A stretch of DNA of 58,081 nucleotides from Chthoniobacterales bacterium (GTDB lineage Bacteria > Verrucomicrobiota > Verrucomicrobiia > Chthoniobacterales > UBA10450). Below, piece after piece: positions 18,902 to 28,344 of the stretch. Position 1 is the first letter of the stretch. Each line of letters opens with the position of its first letter. The notes below the pieces were generated by a model. That model searched no databases, was not told the DNA's origin, and saw nothing but the letters and a program-made list of their open reading frames with translations. Location: assembly GCA_036502465.1 (NCBI GenBank), contig DASXYO010000163.1, positions 1 to 58,081 of the forward strand, written 5' to 3'. The position numbers and the translations under genes were made by a program.

Positions 18902-19846
18902 ATGGATCGCTTTCATCTTTTTCCGCCCGAAGCCTCGACCAGCGCGCAGCAGGTCGACTGGCTCTACTTCGGCCTGACGGCGATGATGATTTTCTTCTGC
19001 GTCGTCGTCTTTCTCCCGATCATTTATTTTTCGATTCGCTATCGACGAGGTTCGGGGGCGGATCGGTCGAATCCGTCTTCCGGCAATAATTTGCTCGAGA
19101 CAGGCTGGACGCTTTTTCCGTTGCTCGTATCCCTCGGGTTCTTCTCCTGGGGAGCGATTGTTTACTACCACATCGAACGGCCGCCCCGGAACGCTCTCGA
19201 GGTACAGGTCGTGGCCAAGCAGTGGATGTGGAAGCTGCAACACGCGGAAGGAAAAAAGGAGATCAACGAACTTCACGTGCCGCTCGGGCGAGCGGTCGCC
19301 CTAACGATGACTTCGCAGGACGTGATCCATAGCTTTTACGTCCCGGCTTTTCGGGTGAAGCAGGATGTGGTGCCCGGCAAATACACTTCCGAGTGGTTCC
19401 AGCCCAACCGCCTCGGCGAGTATCACCTTTTTTGCGCGGAATACTGCGGAACGAACCATTCCAAGATGATTGGCCGCGTAGTGGTGATGAGTCCGGCGGA
19501 TTACGAGCAGTGGCTAACGACCGGCGACACCGGACAATCGATCGCGCTTGAGGGCCGGCGGCTGTTCCGCGAGAAGGGCTGCAGTGGTTGCCATGAGGGC
19601 AACTCCGTCGTGCATGCTCCTCCGCTCGCGGGAGTTTATGGCAAGCAGGTGCCGCTGAATTCCGGCGAGATTGTGACGGCCGACGATCAATACATTCGCG
19701 ATTCCATCCTGCTTCCCGGGAAACAAATTTCCGCCGGCTACGACAACCTGATGCCGAGTTTTACGGGTCACATCACTGAAGCCGAAATCATGCAGATCAT
19801 CGACTACCTCAAATCGATCGGAGACCAATCGAAGGAAGAAAAATGA
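18902..19846 (+). CDS. ctaC: Cytochrome c oxidase subunit II with fused C-terminal cytochrome c domain (caa3-type)
   Basis: Two TM helices. CuA site (HSFYVP...CAEYCGTNHSKM). C-terminal CSGCH haem c motif. Confidence 0.9.
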   Translation: MDRFHLFPPEASTSAQQVDWLYFGLTAMMIFFCVVVFLPIIYFSIRYRRGSGADRSNPSSGNNLLETGWTLFPLLVSLGFFSWGAIVYYHIERPPRNALEVQVVAKQWMWKLQHAEGKKEINELHVPLGRAVALTMTSQDVIHSFYVPAFRVKQDVVPGKYTSEWFQPNRLGEYHLFCAEYCGTNHSKMIGRVVVMSPADYEQWLTTGDTGQSIALEGRRLFREKGCSGCHEGNSVVHAPPLAGVYGKQVPLNSGEIVTADDQYIRDSILLPGKQISAGYDNLMPSFTGHITEAEIMQIIDYLKSIGDQSKEEK

Positions 19847-19866
19847 GGATCTCGAAAGAGGACTAA

Positions 19867-21522
19867 ATGGAAAACGCGACGGCGACTGTCATCCGCACAT
19901 CTGGAGAGATCGCTCCGGTTAACTACCTGAGCCGGGATCACAGTGTGAAGTCGTGGCTGCTTACGACGGATCACAAGCGGATCGGCATCCTCTACCTCTG
20001 GACCATCATTGTTTTCTTTTTCATCGCGAGTGTGGCGGCCGCGATGATGCGGATTGAGCTGCTCACCCCCCAGGGAGATCTCGTCACCTCGGAGACTTAC
20101 AACAAGCTCTTCACCATTCACGGCGTCCTGATGGTTTGGTTTTTTCTCATCCCATCGATCCCGGCGGTCCTGGGTAACTTCGTCCTGCCGATGATGCTGG
20201 GCGCGCGCGATGTCGCCTTCCCCAGGCTTAATTTGATGAGTTGGTATCTCTTCATCCTGGGCGGTGCGCTTGCTCTTTGGTCGCTCATCCACGGCGGCGT
20301 GGATACGGGCTGGACCTTTTACACGCCTTACAGCACGACCTACGCGAACTCACACGTGATCTCGATGGCGGCCGGGGTTTTCATCGCCGGATTCTCCTCC
20401 ATCCTGACCGGACTGAATTTCATCGTCACGACGCACAAGATGCGCGCGCCGGGACTGACGTGGTTTCGCCTGCCACTCTTTGTCTGGTCGCTCTACGCCA
20501 CCAGTCTCATCATGGTTTTGGCCACGCCGGTGCTAGCGATCACGCTCGCGCTCATGTCGGTGGAACGTTTTTGGGGCGTCGGAATTTTTGACCCAAAACT
20601 GGGCGGCGACCCCATTCTCTTTCAGCACCTCTTTTGGTTCTATTCGCATCCGGCCGTCTACATCATGATCCTGCCGGGGATGGGAGTGATCAGCGAATTG
20701 ATCACCTGCTTTTCGCGCAAGCCGATCTTTGGTTATGCCTGGATCGCGTGCGCGAGCATGGCGATTGCGATCCTCGGTTTCATCGTCTGGGGCCATCACA
20801 TGTTCGTTAGTTCGCAGTCGATCTACGCCGGGATGGTGTTTTCGATTTTGAGTTTCATCGTCGCGATCCCATCCGGGATTAAAGTCTTCAACTGGACCGC
20901 GACCCTGCATAAGGGATCGATCAGTTTTCAGACGCCGATGCTCTACGCGCTTGGGTTTATCGGGCTCTTCACGATCGGCGGCCTGACGGGTCTATTTCTC
21001 GCCTCGCTGGCGGTGGATGTGCACGTGACGGACACCTACTTCGTGGTTGCGCATTTCCATTACATCATGGTGGGAGGGATGGTGATGGCCTTCATGGGCG
21101 GGCTGCATTATTGGTGGCCGAAAATTACCGGTCGGCTCTATCCGGAATTTCTGGGGAAGATGGCGGCCATCATTACGTTCATTGGCTTCAACCTGACGTT
21201 CTTCCCTCAGTTTTTGCTCGGCTATCTCGGAATGCCGCGTCGTTATCACGCTTACCCGCCGGAGTTTCAGGTCTTTCACATTTTGTCGACCGCGGGCGCT
21301 TCGATCCTGGGGGTTGGTTATCTGTTGCCGCTCCTCTATTTCCTCTGGTCGCTCAAGCACGGCCGCGCGGCGGGTCCGAACCCCTGGCGCGCGACGGGCT
21401 TGGAATGGCAAACCGATTCGCCCCCGCCAAAACATAATTTCCAGCGAACACCAGTCGTGACCGGGCCACCCTACCAATATAGCGCCGAGGAAGATCAGGA
21501 GCTGCACGTCGCCAACGTCTAG
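19867..21522 (+). CDS. ctaD: Cytochrome c oxidase subunit I
   Basis: Canonical haem-copper oxidase subunit I sequence ([17 protein letters not shown]; WGHHMF; HFHYIMVGG). Confidence 0.95.
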   Translation: MENATATVIRTSGEIAPVNYLSRDHSVKSWLLTTDHKRIGILYLWTIIVFFFIASVAAAMMRIELLTPQGDLVTSETYNKLFTIHGVLMVWFFLIPSIPAVLGNFVLPMMLGARDVAFPRLNLMSWYLFILGGALALWSLIHGGVDTGWTFYTPYSTTYANSHVISMAAGVFIAGFSSILTGLNFIVTTHKMRAPGLTWFRLPLFVWSLYATSLIMVLATPVLAITLALMSVERFWGVGIFDPKLGGDPILFQHLFWFYSHPAVYIMILPGMGVISELITCFSRKPIFGYAWIACASMAIAILGFIVWGHHMFVSSQSIYAGMVFSILSFIVAIPSGIKVFNWTATLHKGSISFQTPMLYALGFIGLFTIGGLTGLFLASLAVDVHVTDTYFVVAHFHYIMVGGMVMAFMGGLHYWWPKITGRLYPEFLGKMAAIITFIGFNLTFFPQFLLGYLGMPRRYHAYPPEFQVFHILSTAGASILGVGYLLPLLYFLWSLKHGRAAGPNPWRATGLEWQTDSPPPKHNFQRTPVVTGPPYQYSAEEDQELHVANV

Positions 21523-21570
21523 CTGCGGAGACATGGTTGCCGGAGCAGTCGCACCCGATTCCTTTGCACG

Positions 21571-22479
21571 ATGGCGAATTCGATCGAGATCATCCTCAAC
21601 AAAGGATCCGGCTCCCACGAGGCACAGGATTCCCACGAGATCCTGACGAAGATTTTCCGCGAGTCCGGCAGGTCCTTCGCGATTTCAGTCGCGTCGGGGG
21701 AGGAGATCAGCCGACTGGCGCAGGAAAAGGCGAAGAGCGACTGCGAAGTGCTGGTGGCCGGAGGAGGCGACGGGACGATTTGTGGCGTGGCTGAAGCGGC
21801 GCGCGAACACGGCAAGACTCTGGGTGTTCTGCCCCTCGGAACCTTTAATTATTTCGCAAAAAATCTCGGCATCCCGCTCGAGTTGGAAGAAGCGGCGCGG
21901 GTCATCCTGGAAGGAGAATCGGTCCGTGCTTCCGTGCTCGATCTGGATGGACGACTCATCCTGAACAACAGCAGCATCGGTATTCATCCGGCCGTGCTCA
22001 TGCAGCGCCGGAAATTGTATCGACGCTGGGGCCGGAATCAGCTCAATGCATATCTCTCCGTCCTGATCACGGCCTCGCAACCGGCGCCGCGTCTGCGTGT
22101 GCGCCTGGCGACGGATGAAGGGGAAGTGGTGCGCGAAACGCCACTCGTGATGATCTGTTCGAACGCTTTCCAGATGGAGGAGTTCGCTCTCGCCGGCAGG
22201 GAATGTTTGGCGGAAGAAAAATTCGCGCTCTACGTCGCGCGCATGGCTGGCCGCACGACCATCTTTCGCCTGGGGATGCGAGCGTTGTTCCGCTGCCTGC
22301 GGCCCGGGATTGATTACGAAGTCATCTGCACCTCCGACGTCACCATCGAAACGTTGCGCCGCCGCCGACTGCGGGCCGCGGTCGATGGCGAGCTGCAGAC
22401 CTTGAACAGCCCGATGCGATTTCAAGTCGCGCCCCAGCCGCTCTGCGTTCTCGCGCCACGGGAGAAGCCGGGCGGGTGA
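21571..22479 (+). CDS. Diacylglycerol/lipid kinase family protein (YegS-like)
   Basis: DAGK catalytic-domain motifs (VLVAGGGDGTI; LGVLPLGTFNYFAKNLG). Confidence 0.75.
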   Translation: MANSIEIILNKGSGSHEAQDSHEILTKIFRESGRSFAISVASGEEISRLAQEKAKSDCEVLVAGGGDGTICGVAEAAREHGKTLGVLPLGTFNYFAKNLGIPLELEEAARVILEGESVRASVLDLDGRLILNNSSIGIHPAVLMQRRKLYRRWGRNQLNAYLSVLITASQPAPRLRVRLATDEGEVVRETPLVMICSNAFQMEEFALAGRECLAEEKFALYVARMAGRTTIFRLGMRALFRCLRPGIDYEVICTSDVTIETLRRRRLRAAVDGELQTLNSPMRFQVAPQPLCVLAPREKPGG

Positions 22480-23285
22480 GGACGCTGCTCCATCTTTCTG
22501 ATTTGCACTTCGGGCGGGTGGACGATTCGTTAGTCGAGCCGCTCGTGGCCGCGGCTCGCGCGGTCGCGCCGGATCTCCTGATCGTCTCGGGCGACTTCAC
22601 CCAACGCGCGCGGCGCGGAGAGTATCGCGCGGCCCGGGCGTTTCTCGGTCGGATGCCGGAACCGCAATTGGTGGTGCCGGGGAATCACGACATCCCGTTG
22701 TGGGACGTGATCCGGCGTTTCGTTAGTCCGCTGGGACGCTACCGGCATTACATTTCGCGGGAACTCATGCCCTTTTACGAGGACGAGGAAATTGCCGTCC
22801 TGGGAATCAACACGGCGCGTTCCCTAACGAGAAAATATGGCCGGATCAACGCGCGCCAGATCGAGGAAGCCCGGAAGATTCTTGCCGCGGTGAAATCAAA
22901 TGTCGTGAAAGTGGTCGTGACTCATCACCCTTTTGACGTTCCGCCCGATTCGCGCAGCCATCTGGTCGGGCGCGCCGTCATGGCAATGGAAGGACTGGCT
23001 CAGGCCGGAGTGGATCTTCTTCTCGCTGGTCATCTCCATCTCCGGCACACCGGGCTGACAGCCCAGCGCTATCAAATCGAAGGCCACTCCGCCTTGATCG
23101 TGCAGGCCGGGACAACCATTTCCACGCGCGGCCGGGGCGAGGCGAATTCCTTTAACGTGATTCGAATCGAACGGCCAGAAATCTCGATTGAGCAGTACGC
23201 CTGGTCGCCAGAGAAAACCGAATTCGTGAAGGAACGTGTGGAGCGATTTACGCGCGGACCGGACGTCTGGACCCGCGCCAGGTAA
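22476..23285 (+). CDS. Calcineurin-like metallophosphoesterase
   Basis: Metallophosphoesterase motif series (HLSDLHFG; SGDFT; GNHD; THHP; GHLH). GTG start overlaps the upstream TGA. Confidence 0.8.
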   Translation: MRTLLHLSDLHFGRVDDSLVEPLVAAARAVAPDLLIVSGDFTQRARRGEYRAARAFLGRMPEPQLVVPGNHDIPLWDVIRRFVSPLGRYRHYISRELMPFYEDEEIAVLGINTARSLTRKYGRINARQIEEARKILAAVKSNVVKVVVTHHPFDVPPDSRSHLVGRAVMAMEGLAQAGVDLLLAGHLHLRHTGLTAQRYQIEGHSALIVQAGTTISTRGRGEANSFNVIRIERPEISIEQYAWSPEKTEFVKERVERFTRGPDVWTRAR

Positions 23286-23343
23286 GCGGTTGCGGCGCGC
23301 GGAGCAAGGTTCACCTCGTTCCAACGGAGCGGCTTCGGTACAG

Positions 23344-23377
23344 CAAAAATCTTCCACCGGGCGAGGGCCCGGGGAAG
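23344..23377 (-). terminator. Possible rho-independent terminator downstream of the minus-strand lipoprotein gene
   Basis: Interrupted GC stem CTTCC-a-CCGGGC / GCCCGG-g-GGAAG (23351-23377), followed on the minus strand by ATTTTTG. Sits between convergent genes. Confidence 0.45.
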
Positions 23378-23404
23378 ACTTTGCGTTAGGAAGTTAAGCT
23401 TGGA

Positions 23405-23686
23405 CTACGGAGTCGGAGACGCCTCGGTGGTCGAGGTCGTCGACTCCATGGTGCTGCCCTCGGCCGCGGCCGGAGTCATCGTCGCCATGGGCGTGGATTC
23501 CGCCGGGGTCGTCGTGACCGTGGTGTTGCTGTTTGTCGTCTCGCTCGTCGTCGCCGGAGGATTCACAACGGTCGTGTTATTCTCGGTCGACTCCGCGGGA
23601 GAAGCGGCAGGAGCCGCGGTTTCAGTTTTTTGTTCGCACGCCACGAGAAGCGCGGCGCTAGCCAGGATGCAGATATATTTCTTCAT
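23405..23686 (-). CDS. Small Thr/Ser/Pro/Ala-rich lipoprotein (low complexity, function unknown)
   Basis: Signal peptide with lipobox (LLVAC), followed by a T/S/P/A-rich low-complexity region. Preferred over the antisense + strand ORF, which has no signal features. Confidence 0.5.
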   Translation of the reverse strand: MKKYICILASAALLVACEQKTETAAPAASPAESTENNTTVVNPPATTSETTNSNTTVTTTPAESTPMATMTPAAAEGSTMESTTSTTEASPTP

Positions 23687-23794
23687 AGGTTATGGATGAA
23701 CGCCCATGTTGGGTTAACTATTGAATCGGGGCAAGCGAAGTTTTCGGCCCTGCGGCATTTTTATTTTTTCCGCCGCCGCTTCAAAACTGCCCCT

Positions 23795-24922
23795 CTAAGA
23801 AGGAAATGCAGCGCCGCCGTTGGCTTGAAATGGCGGTTGAAATTCCATCCCATGGGCCTCCGCCACGGCGCGGTGCGTGAGTCGTCCGTCCATCGTGTTG
23901 ATCCCGCCAATCAGCGCTGGCTGGCGTTCACACGCCTCTTTCAAGCCGAGATCGGCGAGCAACTCGACGTAGCGATAAGTAATGTTCGTTAGCGCCTGGG
24001 TCGCGGTGCGCGCGTAGGCCGCCGGCATGTTGGCGACGCAGTAATGAATCACGCCCTCCTCGACATAGACCGGGTCGAGGTGAGTCGTGGGGCGCGAGGT
24101 TTCCACGCAGCCGCCTTGATCGATCGCGATATCCACAACGACGCTGCCGGGCCGCATTTGGCGCAACATTTCCCGGGTGATGAGCTTGGGCGCTTTCGCG
24201 CCCGGAACCAGCACCGCGCCGATGAGCAGATCGACCGTCGGCATCAACTCCGCCAAATGCGCCTCGCTCGAGTAGAGCGTGTGAGCCGAGTGCATCGTGA
24301 TGTCGAGGAAGCGCATCCGCTCCAGATCGACCTCGAGAATCGTGACGTCGGCGCCCAGACCGGTCGCCATGCGAGCGGCATTCACGCCCGACGTTCCGCC
24401 GCCCAACACCACCACTTTGCCCGGCAGCACCCCCGGCACACCGCCAAGCAGGACGCCATTGCCGCCATTGTGTTTGGCGAGAAAATAAGCGCCCATCACG
24501 ACCGACATGCGCCCGGCGATTTCGCTCATCGGTTCGAGCAAGGGGAGACGATTACCCACTTGGATCGTCTCATAGGCGATCCCGGTGACGCCGGATTTCA
24601 TCAGCGCTTCGGTCAGCGGCTTGCTCGCCGCGAGGTGGAGATAGGTGAAAAGGATCTGTCCCTTGCGCAGCAGTTCCCACTCCGTCGGCAGCGGCTCCTT
24701 TACTTTCACGATCATGTCGGCCTGCTTGAAAAGCTCGGGCGCGGTGTCGATGATCTTTGCGCCGGCTTTGGTATAATCGGAGTCCGGATAGCCAGTGCCG
24801 ACGCCCGCATTTTTTTCCACCAGGACGGTGTGGCCGCGTTTGGTCAGCTGATAGGCAGCGGACGGTAGCAGGCTGACGCGATTTTCCTGCTGCTTAATCT
24901 CTTTGGGAATGCCGATGATCAT
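23795..24922 (-). CDS. ald: Alanine dehydrogenase
   Basis: Full-length Ald pattern ([18 protein letters not shown]; [14 protein letters not shown] Rossmann motif). Confidence 0.9.
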   Translation of the reverse strand: MIIGIPKEIKQQENRVSLLPSAAYQLTKRGHTVLVEKNAGVGTGYPDSDYTKAGAKIIDTAPELFKQADMIVKVKEPLPTEWELLRKGQILFTYLHLAASKPLTEALMKSGVTGIAYETIQVGNRLPLLEPMSEIAGRMSVVMGAYFLAKHNGGNGVLLGGVPGVLPGKVVVLGGGTSGVNAARMATGLGADVTILEVDLERMRFLDITMHSAHTLYSSEAHLAELMPTVDLLIGAVLVPGAKAPKLITREMLRQMRPGSVVVDIAIDQGGCVETSRPTTHLDPVYVEEGVIHYCVANMPAAYARTATQALTNITYRYVELLADLGLKEACERQPALIGGINTMDGRLTHRAVAEAHGMEFQPPFQANGGAAFPS

Positions 24923-24958
24923 ATTCCCACAGCTTTTCGCACCGAACGTGGCGCGAAG

Positions 24959-25516
24959 CTAGTTCAAAGAAGGATCGTCCGGCGCAGCCGAAAGCATCTT
25001 AAACCAGGGGCCGAGATTGCGCATGATCTCGAACCAGAGACGCGGAAGGCGCTCCGGGTTGAGGACCGTTCGGTCCGGTTTTTGCAGGACCCAGGCATTT
25101 TGTCGCAGCTCGTTTTCGAGCTGACCAGCGTTCCAGCCCGCGTAACCGACAAAGGCACGGATGGCGTTTCGGTCCTGTTCCGCGAGTTGGTTGGCCTCAT
25201 CGATCGCGACGTTCTGGTTCAGGCTCAGCGAATCCCTTCCCGCCCAATCGAAGGCGGCAAAGACCAGCTGGTTGGTCCCGACCGGTCCGCCGAGAAAAAC
25301 CGGCACCTCGGAGAGCGCGTCCGGGGCTGGATCGGCCAGCAACTCGGAGACCTGTTTGTCGAGCGGGCGGTTGATGATTACGCCCATTGCACCTTCCTCC
25401 GCGTCGTGCGAAGAAATGAAAAGCACGCTCCGACGAAAATTTGGATCGAGCATGTTGGGATGGGCGACAAGGAGTTGCCCGGTGAAATTTTGCGGCGTGC
25501 CCGCTGGCTGGCGCAT
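24959..25516 (-). CDS. YqgE/AlgH-family protein (UPF0301)
   Basis: Family-typical N-terminus (LLVAHPNMLDPNFRRSVLFISSHDAEEGAMGVIINRPL) and a size of 185 aa. Confidence 0.8.
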   Translation of the reverse strand: MRQPAGTPQNFTGQLLVAHPNMLDPNFRRSVLFISSHDAEEGAMGVIINRPLDKQVSELLADPAPDALSEVPVFLGGPVGTNQLVFAAFDWAGRDSLSLNQNVAIDEANQLAEQDRNAIRAFVGYAGWNAGQLENELRQNAWVLQKPDRTVLNPERLPRLWFEIMRNLGPWFKMLSAAPDDPSLN

Positions 25517-25567
25517 GAGAAAATAAACGGCGCGGCGGCATCCTCCGCAAGTTGCAGAAACCTGCCT

Positions 25568-26593
25568 CTACAATTCGAGAAGCGTGCCTTCCCACTTGCC
25601 CGTCCGCCAATCGAGCGCGGTTGCGGTCACCAGTTTCTGGGAGTCGTTAGGCAAATGAGAGAGCAGGGCATTTCTGCGGTTGGCGTCCAGCTCGCCGAAG
25701 ATGTCATCGATCAGGAGAAGCGGCCCGATCCCGGTTTGCTCGGCGAAAATGCGTGCCTGGGCCAGCTTGAGAGCGAGCGCGATCGTCCGCTGCTGGCCCT
25801 CAGAAGCGAATTGCGCCGCCGGCATGCCCTGCACCTGCAGACGGAGATCATCCCGGTGCGGCCCGACCGTCGTTAGGCGAAGGCGCTCTTCTTCCGGGCG
25901 GGTGCGCGTCAGGTGAGCGGCGAAATCTTCTTCGTTCCCGGGGGCGTACTCCAGGACGAGTGTTTCTCCATGGCCGCTGATGGCCTGCTGGCTTGCCTCC
26001 GCGTTCGGCGCGAGTTGCCTAACGAGCCTGCCACGCATGTCGTGCAGTAAATTCCCGGCTCGGATGAGCGGTTCGGTATAGGCCTCCAACTCGCGCGGCC
26101 GGGGCGCGGCCGACTTGAGCAAAGCGTTGCGCGAGCGGAGAGCCCGCTCGTAGGCGCGCAAGGCCGGCCGATAGCGCGCGTCCACCTGCAGCCCGATGAA
26201 ATCCAGGTAGCGCCGCCGCATTTCCGCGGCTCCACGAACCAGCTCCAGGTCATGATTGGCAAAGGAAACCACCCTAACGAGTCGCAAATATTCCGACGGA
26301 TTGCGTTGCTCGACGCCGTCGAAGGCCAGCTTGCGGCGCAGGGCGCTGTAGTAAAACTGGAGCAGATGCCCCTCCGCGTGGCCCGAGAGCACGAAGGAGC
26401 GCTGGCCGGCGCGCACTGTCGGGGTCAGGTTTGGCGCGCGCTGCGATTGCAGGCGAAGGAGCACGCAGGCCGCTTCCAAAAGCGTCGTTTTTCCGCGGCC
26501 GTTCGGGCCGACGATGAAATTGAAACCCGGCTCGAATTGGGCAGCGAACGATTCGAAGCAGCGGAAATTCCGCAGTTGCAGGTCGCGCAGCAT
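25568..26593 (-). CDS. recF: DNA replication and repair protein RecF
   Basis: N-terminus LQLRNFRCF and Walker A GPNGRGKTTLLEA. C-terminal signature/Walker B (GQQRTIALALKLA; LLLIDDIFGELD). Confidence 0.9.
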   Translation of the reverse strand: MLRDLQLRNFRCFESFAAQFEPGFNFIVGPNGRGKTTLLEAACVLLRLQSQRAPNLTPTVRAGQRSFVLSGHAEGHLLQFYYSALRRKLAFDGVEQRNPSEYLRLVRVVSFANHDLELVRGAAEMRRRYLDFIGLQVDARYRPALRAYERALRSRNALLKSAAPRPRELEAYTEPLIRAGNLLHDMRGRLVRQLAPNAEASQQAISGHGETLVLEYAPGNEEDFAAHLTRTRPEEERLRLTTVGPHRDDLRLQVQGMPAAQFASEGQQRTIALALKLAQARIFAEQTGIGPLLLIDDIFGELDANRRNALLSHLPNDSQKLVTATALDWRTGKWEGTLLEL

Positions 26594-26603
26594 TCCGCGG
26601 CCG

Positions 26604-27455
26604 TTAGAGGTTGACGAGCTCCAGCCGGCTCGTCATTTGCGGCGTGCTGGCCTGGGGCGGAGAAAAGCTGCCGTCGATCGGCGTCACATCCGCCGGATTT
26701 ATTCCGACGGCGGCGGTGATGAAATTGTGATTCGCGAAAATTCCATTCGTTCCGTCCATTCCGACCCAGCCCGCGCCCGGCAGATAGACTTCGGTCCAGG
26801 CGTGGAGCGAGCCTTCCGCGCGCTTCGTCTCGGAATCCGCTTCGCGCAGATATCCGCTCGTTAGGCGGGCGGCCAGCCCATGCTGGCGGAGAGCGGCGGC
26901 GAGCAAGAGTGCCACGTCGCGACAGGCGCCACGCCCGTGCTGGAGAGTTTCCCGGGGGTCGCGAGCCGGACCTTCTTCGCGCCGTTCGTAGCCGACGCAT
27001 TCATGGAGCGCCTCGTTTAGTTCCACCAGCACGCTGACGGTCGACCGGCGCGCACTGCGGGTGGGGAACTTCCAGCGCGGAATGACGAGTGCCGGTCCCG
27101 TTTCCTTTTGCAGAAAAGGGGCGAGCACCCGTCGCAACTCGGCGGGGTAGGAAAACGGCAGACGGGTCGCTTCCTCGCGCAGGAGAAAGTCGAAAGGGTT
27201 CATTCTCTCCAGCGCGAGATCGAGTTCGAGGAGAAAATGGAGTTCGTTAGCCGGTTCCGGGAAGGAGCAGGCGGCCACGATATTATCGAAGACATCGCGC
27301 CCAAAACGGACGTAGGCGTTGCGGTTGGTTTCGAAACGCAACCGCTGGACCTGGGTGAAGACATCCCCACGCGGAAAGAGCCGGATTTCGTGCTTCGAAA
27401 AGTGGACCGGCGTCGCGTAGTGGTAGGCCGTTTCGCAGCGGATGCCGAGTCTCAC
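26604..27455 (-). CDS. Transglutaminase-family protein (N-terminal bacterial transglutaminase domain + core)
   Basis: Core region with a Cys/His pattern (RGACRDVALLLAAALR..; HAWTEVYLPGAGWVGMD). Confidence 0.7.
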   Translation of the reverse strand: MRLGIRCETAYHYATPVHFSKHEIRLFPRGDVFTQVQRLRFETNRNAYVRFGRDVFDNIVAACSFPEPANELHFLLELDLALERMNPFDFLLREEATRLPFSYPAELRRVLAPFLQKETGPALVIPRWKFPTRSARRSTVSVLVELNEALHECVGYERREEGPARDPRETLQHGRGACRDVALLLAAALRQHGLAARLTSGYLREADSETKRAEGSLHAWTEVYLPGAGWVGMDGTNGIFANHNFITAAVGINPADVTPIDGSFSPPQASTPQMTSRLELVNL

Positions 27456-27622
27456 GGGGAGACGGTAGGTGCTTTCTCAACTTTTTTTCAACCGGGACGA
27501 AGAATTTTCTTGCACCCGCAGGTTAGGTCGCTTATTCCCAACTCGGATTTGAAAGATTGTTCTGGGGGGAACAGCCGCCCTTCATGCCCTTCGGGTGTGG
27601 GGGGCGGTACTTTTTTGGGCTG

Positions 27623-28318
27623 ATGGAGTTACAAACGGACCGGCCCGCGCCCGAGAAGAGAGCGCGCTCGCTCGGATGCCTCGCTGCCACTCTCCTCGTT
27701 CTGCTCATTTTCGCGCTCCTGGCGGTCTTTATTTTTCATCGAATCGAGACCTGGCCCGAGCGGACCGTCGACCACGGGGTGACGAGGCTGGAAGAACTCG
27801 GTCGCAAGGCCCGCGATGCGTTTGTCGAGCTGGCGCATCTTCAACCGAAAGTGACGGTGAACAATCGCGTTTACCTGGAGCAAACCGCGCCCGTGGCCGA
27901 ACTGGCCGTCCTCGCGCGTCGCGTCCAGGTCGAGCAGGAGATGACGCATACCTGGGCCGGGAGCACGAAGCGGATCAGGCTCCATGGAACTTTCCTGGTG
28001 AAAGCCGGCTTTGATCTGCGGAAAAAATTTACCGTCAACATCCGCCCGAACGAAATCGTGATCGAACTGCCCCACGCTCAAATCCTTTCCGTCGAGCAGG
28101 AGAAAATCGAGGTGCAAGCGCTCGAAAATGGATTGTGGAACCGGATTTCGCCGGATGACGTGGAGTCGCAGCTCGCCGCCCTTCCGCAACAGGCCCGCGC
28201 CAGGGCGGCCGATTTGCCGGGCGCGGCGGAGCAGACCTTCACCCGTCAGTTGCTCGAAAAATTTCGCCCAGAGCAGGCGGTGCGTGCAATCTTTCCAGCG
28301 CCCACGCCGCGCGGTTAG
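27623..28318 (+). CDS. Membrane-anchored hypothetical protein (DUF4230-like)
   Basis: N-terminal TM helix (LAATLLVLLIFALLAVFIF) followed by a soluble domain with a DUF4230-like pattern (GTFLVKAGFDL). The start is uncertain (TTG 27557, ATG 27584 or ATG 27623). Confidence 0.45.
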   Translation: MELQTDRPAPEKRARSLGCLAATLLVLLIFALLAVFIFHRIETWPERTVDHGVTRLEELGRKARDAFVELAHLQPKVTVNNRVYLEQTAPVAELAVLARRVQVEQEMTHTWAGSTKRIRLHGTFLVKAGFDLRKKFTVNIRPNEIVIELPHAQILSVEQEKIEVQALENGLWNRISPDDVESQLAALPQQARARAADLPGAAEQTFTRQLLEKFRPEQAVRAIFPAPTPRG

Positions 28319-28344
28319 GTATCGTTAGGCGGGGCTGCCAGCCG

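Noticed and set aside
23400-23699. A + strand 99-aa ORF overlapping the lipoprotein gene.
   Set aside because: It is the mirror image of a low-complexity region. The minus-strand frame has a proper signal peptide and lipobox and a downstream hairpin with a T-run, whereas the + frame has no start context or signal.
25568-26593. recF as a marker of the replication origin region.
   Set aside because: No dnaA, dnaN or gyrB is adjacent. I saw no DnaA-box cluster or AT-rich unwinding element. The motif orientation shows no switch here.
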